Assembly: GCA_963832835.1 (NCBI GenBank)
Contig: CAWHVD010000001.1
Location: forward strand, 1,899,429-1,963,428
DNA: 64,000 nucleotides
Origin: an uncultured Chlamydiales bacterium
GTDB taxonomy: Bacteria > Chlamydiota > Chlamydiia > Chlamydiales > JAAKFR01
Reading direction: 5' to 3'
In this document: positions 1 through 9,141 of the stretch, one piece after another
Layout: every line of letters begins with the position of its first letter
Numbering within the stretch: position 1 is the stretch's first letter
Translations under genes and position numbers: made by a program
The notes under the pieces: generated by a model
What the model was told of the DNA's origin: nothing
Seen by the model: the letters and a program-made list of their open reading frames with translations, nothing else
Databases searched by the model: none

Positions 1-1930
1 AGATTACAATGGCGGGCTTTTCTCCAAGCAACATCAACAACTACGGGCCATACAAGAAATAGTGAGGGGTACAGACAAATCCTTTCTCGAATCTTTGTTT
101 TATTCGTTTACTCCCTCCCTCTTCCAGACATTCATTCTACCTGAAGCTGGAAAGGTATGTGCTTCCCTATTTTTGGAAGCTAAACGATCATCTCTCACTA
201 TCACAAAGCCCTACGAGCTGCTCGAATACCATGAAACCTCATTTTCTGTGGTTGTCATTAAAACAAAGCTCGAGCACCTAAAGACTTCTCTCATTGAAGA
301 GGTGATGAACTTTTCTTTAGCGCTGCACCAATTTGGGTATGCAACCCAGTGTATTAATGGAGAATATTACTTAGGTCTCGTCTACCAATATCCAACCAGC
401 AGAGAGTGGCTTGATGGGCTTCAAGCCATACTCAATGATGCTTGCAATACCCCTAAACAAGATCGAAAATTTCTTCGGATCAATTATGTCGACGGTGACC
501 CTCTCTCCCTCAATCCTCAAATCGGTCTCGATCTACGCTGCCGATCCATCCAAAAAGCTCTTTTTGAAGGGTTAACACGAATCGCTCCCTCTGGAACTCC
601 TGTGCTGGCAGCCGCCCAGAGTGTGGTAGTTTCACCTGATGGAATGACCTATCTTTTTACTTTGAAAAAACTCCAGTGGTCCAACGGTGAAGAGGTTACC
701 GCTTTCCAATTTGAAAAGTCCTGGAAAAAAGCGGTTCGTTCACCCTCGTGCCTCCGCCCCGATTTTTTTTATGTCCTCCAAAATGCTCGCAAAGCCCATT
801 TTAAGCAGGTAGATATCGATGATATTGGTGTCAAGGCACTTGACGCACAGATTCTGCAAGTGACTCTAGAACACCCTGCCCCCTATTTACTAGAAATGCT
901 CGCGCACCCACTCTTTTTTCCCCTGTATGAAGAGTCCGGGGAGCCTTATGTTTTTTGTGGACCATTCACACTCCTTTCATGGCAGCGCCATCAATCTATC
1001 GTCCTCATCAAAAATCCTTATTACTGGGACTTTGAAAATGTCAAGTTGGAGGGGATTGAAATTTCCATCATCCGCGATCCCCACCTCTCCTTCGAAAAAT
1101 ATGAACGGGGTGAGCTCGATTGGATAGGAGGCCCTTTTAGCCCACTGCCTCCCGAGATCGCCGAAGGGATCCAGGAGAGATTGCATAGCGTCGATATCCC
1201 AGGAGTTGCTTGGTTGTACTGCAACCTGGCGCATCCTCTTTTCTCTTCATGCAAGGTCCGAAAAGCACTTGCTATTGCTCTGGATAGAGATTTGCTATGC
1301 CAAAAAGCGCTTCTCACGCCCTCCCCTCTTAAAACACATGTACCCACAGAGCTCTCTCTTTTAGGGCCTGAGGACATCTACCCTACAGCTGATCGAGAGC
1401 AAGCAATTGCCTTGTTTGAAGAGGGCCTACGCGAAACGGGTTGCAGCCGCAATACCCTGCTAGATTTAAGGTTGTTGCACTCCCATATACCTGGGCAAAA
1501 AGAACTTGCCATGGAGATCCAAAGGCAATGGCAGGACATGTTCGGGATCCAAATCCGACGCGTCGAGGAAACCTGGAACAGCTTCTCTCATCAACTAGAC
1601 AACCGGTTGATCCATTTCGGTACCTGTTACCGCCATCCTTTTTATAAGCACTCAATGTATTTCTTTCAGATTTTCTATGAGGCGACCAACATCCATAATG
1701 CATTTGGTTGGCATAGTGACACGTTCAACTATTGGATCGATCAAGCTCGCGCATTTCCCGAAGAAAAGTCTTATCTCAAGCAGGCCGAGCTGGAATTATT
1801 GGAACAAATGCCAGTCATACCTATTCACGGAGTAAGCTATCAATACCTGGCACGCAGTGATGTGCAAGGCATTTATTTTTGTCAATCGGGTGATGTGGAT
1901 TTCAAATGGATTTTTTTTAAAGAGGAATAA
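1..1930 (+). CDS. OppA-like family-5 solute-binding protein with a long N-terminal extension; 5' end lies outside the window; paralogue of 3712..6450
   Basis: The reading frame is open from nt 2. Its first residues (DYNGGLFSKQHQQLRAIQEI) align with an internal stretch of the 912-aa paralogue (DYNGGLFEKQQYQFEILRV), so the GTG at 62 is not the true start. The C-terminal ~470 aa carries the motifs shared by all four paralogues: LRINYVDGDPLSLNPQ, FEGLTR, EHPAPYLLE, GELDWIGGPF, QMPVIPIH. Confidence 0.75.
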   Translation, partial: DYNGGLFSKQHQQLRAIQEIVRGTDKSFLESLFYSFTPSLFQTFILPEAGKVCASLFLEAKRSSLTITKPYELLEYHETSFSVVVIKTKLEHLKTSLIEEVMNFSLALHQFGYATQCINGEYYLGLVYQYPTSREWLDGLQAILNDACNTPKQDRKFLRINYVDGDPLSLNPQIGLDLRCRSIQKALFEGLTRIAPSGTPVLAAAQSVVVSPDGMTYLFTLKKLQWSNGEEVTAFQFEKSWKKAVRSPSCLRPDFFYVLQNARKAHFKQVDIDDIGVKALDAQILQVTLEHPAPYLLEMLAHPLFFPLYEESGEPYVFCGPFTLLSWQRHQSIVLIKNPYYWDFENVKLEGIEISIIRDPHLSFEKYERGELDWIGGPFSPLPPEIAEGIQERLHSVDIPGVAWLYCNLAHPLFSSCKVRKALAIALDRDLLCQKALLTPSPLKTHVPTELSLLGPEDIYPTADREQAIALFEEGLRETGCSRNTLLDLRLLHSHIPGQKELAMEIQRQWQDMFGIQIRRVEETWNSFSHQLDNRLIHFGTCYRHPFYKHSMYFFQIFYEATNIHNAFGWHSDTFNYWIDQARAFPEEKSYLKQAELELLEQMPVIPIHGVSYQYLARSDVQGIYFCQSGDVDFKWIFFKEE

Positions 1931-1933
1931 AAG

Positions 1934-3526
1934 ATGTTATTTAAGCAAGTTCTGCAATTGGCTCTACCTATTATGCTTTTGTTAGGAAGCTGTAGCCAAC
2001 CTAAGGAACCCTCTGTGCGGCAGCAAACTCTACGCATCAATTTTCAGGATGGCGACCTTCCATCGACCCACCCGCATATCGGGATCGATTACCGAATTCG
2101 CTCGCTTCAATCGGCCCTTTTTGAAGGATTAACCCGTATGGACCCTGAGGGCCATCCTCAACCAGCTGCAGCCGAAACCATCCTCGTTTCTGAGGACCAG
2201 ACCCGCTATACCTTCAATCTGCGCCCTTCGGTATGGTCAAATGCGGAGCCCCTCACCGCATATCATTTCGCCGACACCTGGAAACAAGCGATCGCAAAGG
2301 GATCTGCTTGCGTACGGCCAGACCTCTTTTACATCATTAAAAATGCCGAGAAAATCAAAAAAGGAATCCTCCCTTTAAGTGAGGCTGGTATCCACGTCGT
2401 TGACTCAAAAACACTGGAGATTGAGCTTGAGCATCCCGCTCCCTATTTTCTTGAATTGATCTCCAATCCCATGTTTTCGCCCCTTTTTGACAAAACTGAG
2501 GAGCCCATTGTCTTCAACGGCCCATTTCTCATCGACACCTGGAAACATGATCAGACTATCTCACTTAAAAAAAATCAGCTGTATTGGGATTCTCAAAATG
2601 TCTCTTTGGATCGAATAGAGATTATGGTGGTTACAGATCCTGCTACTGCCTTCCAGCTCTTCGAAAAAGGAGAGCTCGATTGGATCGGTAGTCCTTTTAG
2701 TTGCCTGCCAACCGACATGATTCCCTCATGTGCCAAAACAGGTATGCTTAAACACAAAGAGGTTGCACGTATCTATTGGCTTTACTGCAACAATCAAATA
2801 CTTCCTTTTAATAACCCTTCGATCCGCAAGGCGTTAAGCTATGCTATCGATCGTAAGGACATCGTGGATCATGTTCTTCTCGGTCAAACTGCTGCAACTG
2901 CTCCCTTGCCAATAGCTCTCTCTTTGATTGGAGAGCGCTCTCTTCCTGGACATGGAGATACAGGATTAGCTTGTCAGTTTTTCGCACAAGGCCTGGATGA
3001 ACTAGGTCTTACCCCCGAAACGTTTCCTAAGATCACGCTTTCACACAGCCATATTACCGGTCAGCGCCAACTGGCCGAAATCATCCAGAGCAACTGGCAA
3101 ACAACTTTGGGGATAACAGTTGTTTTAGAAGGATTTGAGTGGAATCATTTTTTTAGCAACCTCTCCCATGGAAATTTTGAAGTGGGTGGGTGCATCAAGA
3201 GCGCTCTTTTCCGCGATCCGATGTATCACTTAGAATTGCTGCAAGATAAATCGCATTCCTATAATGTAGGTCGCTGGGAAGATCCTGTATATAAGACCCT
3301 CTTGGAACAAGCGCGTGTAACGACCGATCTGGCAGCCAGATCTACTCTTTTACGGAACGCTGAGCAAATTTTGCTCGAACAGATGCCGGTGATCCCCATT
3401 TACAGCGAGACTTATCTGTATATGATTCGACCTCACATAGAGAGAGTCGTCATCCACGATTTGGGGCATGTCGATTTCAAATGGGTCAAAAGTCAGTTGA
3501 AAAACGCTGGATCCTTGGAAAATTGA
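1934..3526 (+). CDS. oppA: Oligopeptide-binding lipoprotein (OppA-like, SBP family 5)
   Basis: 530 aa. Signal peptide with lipobox (LLLGS/C). SBP-5 motifs: LRINFQDGDLPSTHPH, FEGLTRMD, EHPAPYFLEL, GELDWIGSPF, QMPVIPIY. Confidence 0.8.
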   Translation: MLFKQVLQLALPIMLLLGSCSQPKEPSVRQQTLRINFQDGDLPSTHPHIGIDYRIRSLQSALFEGLTRMDPEGHPQPAAAETILVSEDQTRYTFNLRPSVWSNAEPLTAYHFADTWKQAIAKGSACVRPDLFYIIKNAEKIKKGILPLSEAGIHVVDSKTLEIELEHPAPYFLELISNPMFSPLFDKTEEPIVFNGPFLIDTWKHDQTISLKKNQLYWDSQNVSLDRIEIMVVTDPATAFQLFEKGELDWIGSPFSCLPTDMIPSCAKTGMLKHKEVARIYWLYCNNQILPFNNPSIRKALSYAIDRKDIVDHVLLGQTAATAPLPIALSLIGERSLPGHGDTGLACQFFAQGLDELGLTPETFPKITLSHSHITGQRQLAEIIQSNWQTTLGITVVLEGFEWNHFFSNLSHGNFEVGGCIKSALFRDPMYHLELLQDKSHSYNVGRWEDPVYKTLLEQARVTTDLAARSTLLRNAEQILLEQMPVIPIYSETYLYMIRPHIERVVIHDLGHVDFKWVKSQLKNAGSLEN

Positions 3527-3711
3527 TGATTTTGGCAGTCAATTGCACAGGGGTCTGCTTGCAACTCGTACCATATGTCGATGAGGACATATCCGAACAG
3601 TTAGACTAGAAGACATGGCGGCAAAAATTGCTTCCAAAAGGATGATTTTAAAAGAGCCAGAGGTTCCACAACTGACCTCAAGGGGCATAAATATCTAGGT
3701 ACTTCTACCCC

Positions 3712-6450
3712 ATGCACAAACGATTGCGCGAAGAGATCGAAAAAGCGATCTTGAAATACCCTAATCTGTTTGATGCGCGTTTGCATAATGGCCTTGCCAG
3801 GCTTTGTGCAAATGCGCCAGACAATTTCCTCACTTCGCGCTCTAATAAACATCTGAAAAGCCTAATCGTTGTTCAATTTTTCATGCAGAAGAAAATTGAA
3901 CATGCACTAGAGGAAAAAAATGCAGATCACGATTTGCTTTTGGTCCGGCTGCTTCAAATTGGTTCGCGCATCTGTTGCGCCATCTGCTACCATTCCTCTT
4001 ATAGCTTTCACCAAGAGCAACTCCTCTCAATTTTTCATACTCTACTGCCCGGTATTCAAACCAAGCAACACTCTTCATATACATGGTTTCATCCCATTCT
4101 TTCCTATCAGTTCAGCTACTTCGAAGTGGAAAAAATGCGCGGAAAGGGTCTTTCCACCAAAGATCTGCGTTTCTTCGAAAAATCGATCCGTGAGCAGCTT
4201 CTAGCAGTCTCACCTAGAACACCAACCATATTCTGGCCCTACAACACAGAAGAATCATTCCGCCAGGTACAGTTCCTACAAAAAGAACTTCACAATCCTA
4301 CCGATCTTCCTCATATCTCGATCCTTTTTCAGGAACAAACCCTCACAACTCTTGAATTTTTGATCCATTATGCACGCCCTAAAGGCCCTAACCCCATTGA
4401 AGAAGCATTAGAAAGACTCCCTCACTCTTTCGATTCCTTTCTCCGTTTTAAAAAATTCGTGTCTCAACCCTTTCCAATTGAGATCGGCGCTTTTTCTCTG
4501 AAGGTCCCCTCCTCTGTATTCGATGTGCGCGGATCCATCAACCTCCTTTACGCAAGACGGTATATCGCTAAATATTTAGAAATGATCTGCGGTCCATTCC
4601 GGGATTATAACGGGGGGCTTTTTGAAAAGCAGCAGTATCAATTTGAGATCCTGCGTGTCAACTTAAGCGATAAAATCCCCCTTTTCGATCTGTTTGCTGA
4701 AAAGGTCTTCTATGCACTTCATCCGATCGAAGCCCGGCTTGGCCTCTCGTTAAAAGATGCAGAAAGCCTCTTTTTAGCCTTCTCAGAAATCCTTCAATCT
4801 AAAGAGACCTATGCTATCTCACGTATAGGGGAGAGTGTCATCGTAGTAAAAAATGGACACAGCTCGGAGGTCATTGCCTCTGTTTACAGAGAAGCTGCTG
4901 TCGACACAACAGCTTTCGCTCATCTCAACCTGGGTACTGCCGATTATTTTTGCTGCATAGGACCTCATGTGGGAGTCGACATTCCCGCTCTGATCACACA
5001 AAAAACCTCTGTGCAGAAAAAAATACGGCCCCTGCGGCTCAGTTTCCAAGAAGGAGCCCCACCTTCTCTCAATCCACATCTTTCCTCAGGAGACATGCGT
5101 TGTAGGATGCTGGGCAAGCTCCTATTTGAAGGGCTCATCCGCTTAAATTCACTGGGAGAACCCGAACCCGCCGGGGCGATCGAATATTATGCCTCTGAAG
5201 ATGGTCTTAGGTATACCTTTAAACTCCGTAGCTCTTTTTGGTCGAATGGTGAAAAGGTTACTGCGATCGATTACGTGACCAGTTGGCAACGGGCACTACG
5301 CGACTGTGTGAGCCATCCTGAACAGCTCTTTGTGATCAAAAATGCGCGGCTATTTAAAGATTTCCAATGTGACAGCACAAAACTGGGAGTGCGCGCCGAA
5401 GACTCCAAAACACTCGAGGTCGAGCTCGAATATCCCGACCCCTACTTCTTACATAAACTCGCTCAACCCTTCTTTTTCCCTGTTTTTGGTTCCATGCGTG
5501 AACCCAAATGGTTTAACGGTCCTTATATCATCCACAGCCAAACCCACCAGGGACTCCTTTTGGAGAGAAATCCTTACTTTTGGAAAACTAACCTCTCCTA
5601 CTTAGAACAGATCGAGATCAAATGGCTGGGTGACATGGAAGAGATTTACCGCATGTTCGAGGAGGGGCAGACCGATTGGATTGGAAGCCCCTTAAGCACA
5701 CTCTCCCCGGGCCATATCCAGCTTCTGCAGATTAAAAACCAGCTCAAAACACGCAAAGTAAACCGCCGTTTCCTCTTACATTTTAATACAAAACTGGCCC
5801 ATTTATCCCACCCCAATATCCGCCATGCCCTTAGCCTGTCGATCGAACGTTCTTTGATCTGTGATAAAATATTTCCCCTAAGTACCCCTCTATTTCACAT
5901 TGCATCACCCAGGGAAAACGTACAAAAACTATTTGAGAAAGGGCTTAAAGAAATCCATATGTCAAAAGAAAATTTTCCACCTCTCACCTTCACCTACTCT
6001 CATCAAACCGGACGCGAGGCACTCGCACAATTTCTCCAAGCAGCTTGGCAACAACAACTCGGGATTTCTATCCACATAGAACAAATTGATTGGAACCTTT
6101 TTCGCAATAAACTTGAAAAAGGGGAATTTGAAATCACTGGCACTATCCAAGAAACATTAGAAAATGCTCCTCTCGAATTTCTAGAACGCTTTGAGGGAAC
6201 CAGCTCATGGAATTTTTCACAATGGCAGCACTCAGGCTACCGTTCCTTCTTAGACCTAGCACGGCAAGCCAAAGAAGGAGGAAGACGGCTTGAGCTCCAA
6301 AATAAAGCGGAGGCTATTCTTAGCGCAGAAGCTCCCTTTACTCCCCTATTTTGTTGCTCCCATTTGTACGCACATCACCCCGGCCTCAAAAATTACTTTT
6401 TAGACCAGGAAGGCTGTGTCGACTTCTCCCAAGCCTATTTCGAAGAATAA
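3712..6450 (+). CDS. OppA-like SBP domain fused to a ~450-aa N-terminal domain of unknown function, with no signal peptide
   Basis: 912 aa. The C-terminal half has LRLSFQEGAPPSLNPH, FEGLIRLN, YPDPYFLHKL, GQTDWIGSPL. The N-terminal half has no lipobox, no TM segment and no motif I recognise. Confidence 0.7.
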   Translation: MHKRLREEIEKAILKYPNLFDARLHNGLARLCANAPDNFLTSRSNKHLKSLIVVQFFMQKKIEHALEEKNADHDLLLVRLLQIGSRICCAICYHSSYSFHQEQLLSIFHTLLPGIQTKQHSSYTWFHPILSYQFSYFEVEKMRGKGLSTKDLRFFEKSIREQLLAVSPRTPTIFWPYNTEESFRQVQFLQKELHNPTDLPHISILFQEQTLTTLEFLIHYARPKGPNPIEEALERLPHSFDSFLRFKKFVSQPFPIEIGAFSLKVPSSVFDVRGSINLLYARRYIAKYLEMICGPFRDYNGGLFEKQQYQFEILRVNLSDKIPLFDLFAEKVFYALHPIEARLGLSLKDAESLFLAFSEILQSKETYAISRIGESVIVVKNGHSSEVIASVYREAAVDTTAFAHLNLGTADYFCCIGPHVGVDIPALITQKTSVQKKIRPLRLSFQEGAPPSLNPHLSSGDMRCRMLGKLLFEGLIRLNSLGEPEPAGAIEYYASEDGLRYTFKLRSSFWSNGEKVTAIDYVTSWQRALRDCVSHPEQLFVIKNARLFKDFQCDSTKLGVRAEDSKTLEVELEYPDPYFLHKLAQPFFFPVFGSMREPKWFNGPYIIHSQTHQGLLLERNPYFWKTNLSYLEQIEIKWLGDMEEIYRMFEEGQTDWIGSPLSTLSPGHIQLLQIKNQLKTRKVNRRFLLHFNTKLAHLSHPNIRHALSLSIERSLICDKIFPLSTPLFHIASPRENVQKLFEKGLKEIHMSKENFPPLTFTYSHQTGREALAQFLQAAWQQQLGISIHIEQIDWNLFRNKLEKGEFEITGTIQETLENAPLEFLERFEGTSSWNFSQWQHSGYRSFLDLARQAKEGGRRLELQNKAEAILSAEAPFTPLFCCSHLYAHHPGLKNYFLDQEGCVDFSQAYFEE

Positions 6451-6613
6451 TACCATTTTCAGAAAATAAAGCCATGAAGTGGCACTGTATAACACGCCAT
6501 TTTTGAACGATCCTTTCTCGCTTAGGTGCAAAAACATAGGCTTCGAAACAATCATCCCAATCTGTCATGTTACCCAGTGCCACTTCCTGGCTTTATTTTC
6601 TGGAAATGGTATA
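6450..6613. mobile_element. MITE copy 1 (~164 bp), IS630-type termini
   Basis: Begins taccattttcagaaaataaagccatgaagtggcac and ends gtgccacttcctggctttattttctggaaatggta. It has long terminal inverted repeats and TA at both flanks. It is the same element as at 40514, 53691, 55971 and 60897. Confidence 0.85.
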
Positions 6614-6676
6614 AGAGCTTTTCTGCTTGGTAAACTGGGTCTGCCTTAAGGATTCTGCCGGCTCGTGAATAGTCAC
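6614..6676 (-). repeat. Partial copy of the ~115-bp 'gtgactattcacgagcc' intergenic repeat (family B), abutting MITE copy 1
   Basis: The string ...aaactgggtctgccttaaggattctgccggctcgtgaatagtcac is the reverse complement of the 5' half of the family-B unit seen at 33616, 33739, 33926 and 52352. Confidence 0.7.
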
Positions 6677-6778
6677 AAAACTTGACTATGAGAACGTCTC
6701 GAAACACTCTTTTTTTCTAGATTTTTTTCCTTAATTGCATAAACTCAGAAGAGTTTAAGGACAAATGGGAATACAGGG

Positions 6779-8341
6779 ATGAAAGTAAATTATATTATAA
6801 TTGCCATGCTAATAGCCTGTGTAGGATGCAACCAAAAGCCACCGGCAGTCAAAAACCATCTTCATATCAATTTTCAGGAAGGAGATCTTCCCTCCCTGCA
6901 TCCCCATGACCTGGTGATCTACCTAAGAGGGCTATCATTAGCAAAAACACTTTTCGAGCCGCTCACCCGAATTAACGCTGATGGAAAGATCGAACTTTCC
7001 GGAGCCGAGTCGGTCACCATCTCAGATGATCTGCTTCACTACACCTTCAAGCTGCGGGAAAATACATGGTCCGATGGCACGCCTGTCACTGCAAGCCATT
7101 ACGCATCAGCCTGGAGGGCCGCCCTAGATCCTGGATCTACCTGCTCTCGGGCAGACTTGCTTTATGTGCTGGCTAATGGCGAAAAAGCGAAAAAAGGCGA
7201 AGTGAGCCTCGATGCAGTAGGGGTACGCGTCATCAATCATCGCACTCTCCAGGTGGACCTCGAATTCCCTACCCCCTATTTCCTTGAGCTCATGGCACAA
7301 TCCATTGCAGCCCCCTTAATGGATCCGCAAGGTCATGATCTTACTGTCTTCAATGGCCCTTTTATGGTCGATGAGTGGAAAAAGGGAAATTATCTTCGGC
7401 TAAAGCCAAATCCTCATTACTGGGATAAAGCCAATGTGCCACTCCAGCAGATCGAGATCTCTTTCATCGAAGATGTGAATACAATTTATGCCCTCTATGA
7501 CAAAAAAGAGCTCGACTGGATCGGCGCACCCTTGTGCCCTCTGTCCACAGAATTGATCCACCATTTAGAGGACACACACGAACTGAGCTCTCACCCCATT
7601 GGTAGGTCTTTTTGGGTTTTCTTAAATACGGAACATCCCGCCCTCTCCTCTCCCCACATCCGAAAGGCCCTCAGTCAAGCAATCAACCGCAAAGCAATCA
7701 CTGATCACATCCTTTTAGGCGGACAACCCTCTGTAAAACCTCTTTCCAGCCAACTTCTGCCCATTTTACATGTGGTAGCCCTCGGAGAAGATCTGCAACT
7801 GGCTCGTGAAAACTTCCAAGCTGGCCTTGCCGAGCTGTGCCTAACGCCCGAGACATTTCCCCCATTGGAAATTAGCTACTCGCAGCAATCGGCTCGTAAA
7901 CAAGTGGCAGAATACCTCCAAGAGAGCTGGCATAAACATCTGGGTATCGATGTCAAACTCCATGCAGTTGAATGGAATGTGCTCCGTAGCAACCTGGAGA
8001 AGGGGCTCTACACTATTAGTATGGCCTATGAGGCTGCCTATTACAAAGATCCTCTGGAGCTCCTCGAGCGTTACACGACCCTCAACCCTTCTAATTTTTC
8101 TCAGTGGCTACATACTCCCTTTACCAATATGATTGCAAAGGCCAAATACGAGCCTAATCACTCAAAACGGGCTCAAATCCTTAGTGAATCTGAGCTCATC
8201 CTCATGGACCAAGTTCCCTTTATTCCCATCTGTAGTGACCGCCTCCTTTTTGCGCATCCTCAAAACCTCTCAGGCTTTGTCATCGACTCAATTGGCGCCA
8301 TCGACTTCAGTTATGCTTCCATGACACCTCTTAAGCCCTAA
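6779..8341 (+). CDS. oppA: Oligopeptide-binding lipoprotein (OppA-like, SBP family 5)
   Basis: 520 aa. Signal peptide with lipobox (MLIA/C). Motifs: LHINFQEGDLPSLHPH, FEPLTRIN, EFPTPYFLEL, KELDWIGAPL, QVPFIPI. Confidence 0.8.
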   Translation: MKVNYIIIAMLIACVGCNQKPPAVKNHLHINFQEGDLPSLHPHDLVIYLRGLSLAKTLFEPLTRINADGKIELSGAESVTISDDLLHYTFKLRENTWSDGTPVTASHYASAWRAALDPGSTCSRADLLYVLANGEKAKKGEVSLDAVGVRVINHRTLQVDLEFPTPYFLELMAQSIAAPLMDPQGHDLTVFNGPFMVDEWKKGNYLRLKPNPHYWDKANVPLQQIEISFIEDVNTIYALYDKKELDWIGAPLCPLSTELIHHLEDTHELSSHPIGRSFWVFLNTEHPALSSPHIRKALSQAINRKAITDHILLGGQPSVKPLSSQLLPILHVVALGEDLQLARENFQAGLAELCLTPETFPPLEISYSQQSARKQVAEYLQESWHKHLGIDVKLHAVEWNVLRSNLEKGLYTISMAYEAAYYKDPLELLERYTTLNPSNFSQWLHTPFTNMIAKAKYEPNHSKRAQILSESELILMDQVPFIPICSDRLLFAHPQNLSGFVIDSIGAIDFSYASMTPLKP

Positions 8342-8575
8342 GGGAATTCAACGCAAAGATGCGTAGGCGCGAAGAGGGGATTGGGGGTCAGCACAGAATT
8401 CGAATTCTAAAGCACGCTAAGGATTTAATGCACCTGGACTTGATAACGTTGAGTCAACGAAGGGTTCTGGAATGATTGGCTCGCACAAAACCACTAAAAA
8501 TCTCTCAATAATACATCTATTGCTCAAATCTGGAAGCAGCCCCACAGCTTTGACCCAAAATGAAAATTGCATGGA

Positions 8576-9085
8576 TCATACCAAGAAAATAAAACGATCA
8601 TCAGGACCCCACAGATATTCAGGACTGGCTCGATAACCGCGTATCCAGAAACCATCCTCTCGCCGGCGCATGTAAAAACCATTGGGAAAGTCAGGATCGT
8701 TAGAGAGTTTTTTCATGGCGATATTTTGCCAATTACCGGTGGGTGGATCAATTGGTTGATCAAAATCAATATATTGCAATCTCATATGGAGCCCAAGTTC
8801 GGGAGGACAATACTTAAGACCGAACTCCTTAGCTTTTTGATACACCTCTTCGGTAGTGGCTCCGTTCGAGAATCCCAAATCACCAATAGAAATTTCTACA
8901 GTTTGTAATTTTTTTCTAGTGGGAGAGATAGTAAAATTCTTGTAATCAATAATCTGTAGGGCAAATTCATTGATGCCTATGCTATTACTGTTCAGATTTT
9001 GGAGCAAATCCTCTTTAGATAACCCACCGACCCATATCTCTTTAAAAATAAGTTTATCTTCAGAAATAGGCAATTTTGATTTCAT
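8576..9085 (-). CDS. Hypothetical protein (169 aa), co-directional with and immediately downstream of pyk
   Basis: It is the longest ORF in this interval and lies 56 nt downstream of the pyk stop on the same strand. No recognisable motif. Confidence 0.45.
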   Translation of the reverse strand: MKSKLPISEDKLIFKEIWVGGLSKEDLLQNLNSNSIGINEFALQIIDYKNFTISPTRKKLQTVEISIGDLGFSNGATTEEVYQKAKEFGLKYCPPELGLHMRLQYIDFDQPIDPPTGNWQNIAMKKLSNDPDFPNGFYMRRREDGFWIRGYRASPEYLWGPDDRFIFLV

Positions 9086-9141
9086 AGACTACATACACCC
9101 ATTCCGAATATCCATTGATAACCACCGTTTGTGGTAGGATG

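Noticed and set aside
6386-6583. A family of 60-75-aa ORFs (MALGNMTDWDD..., MALYNTPFLNDPFSLRCKNIGFETIIQICHVTQCHFMALFSGNG...) recurring at 6386-6583, 40465-40770, 53604-53825 and 56000-56224.
   Set aside because: They lie entirely within MITE copies. They occur in either orientation, have variable ends set by flanking DNA, and have no start or SD context. They are repeat-derived frames, not genes.
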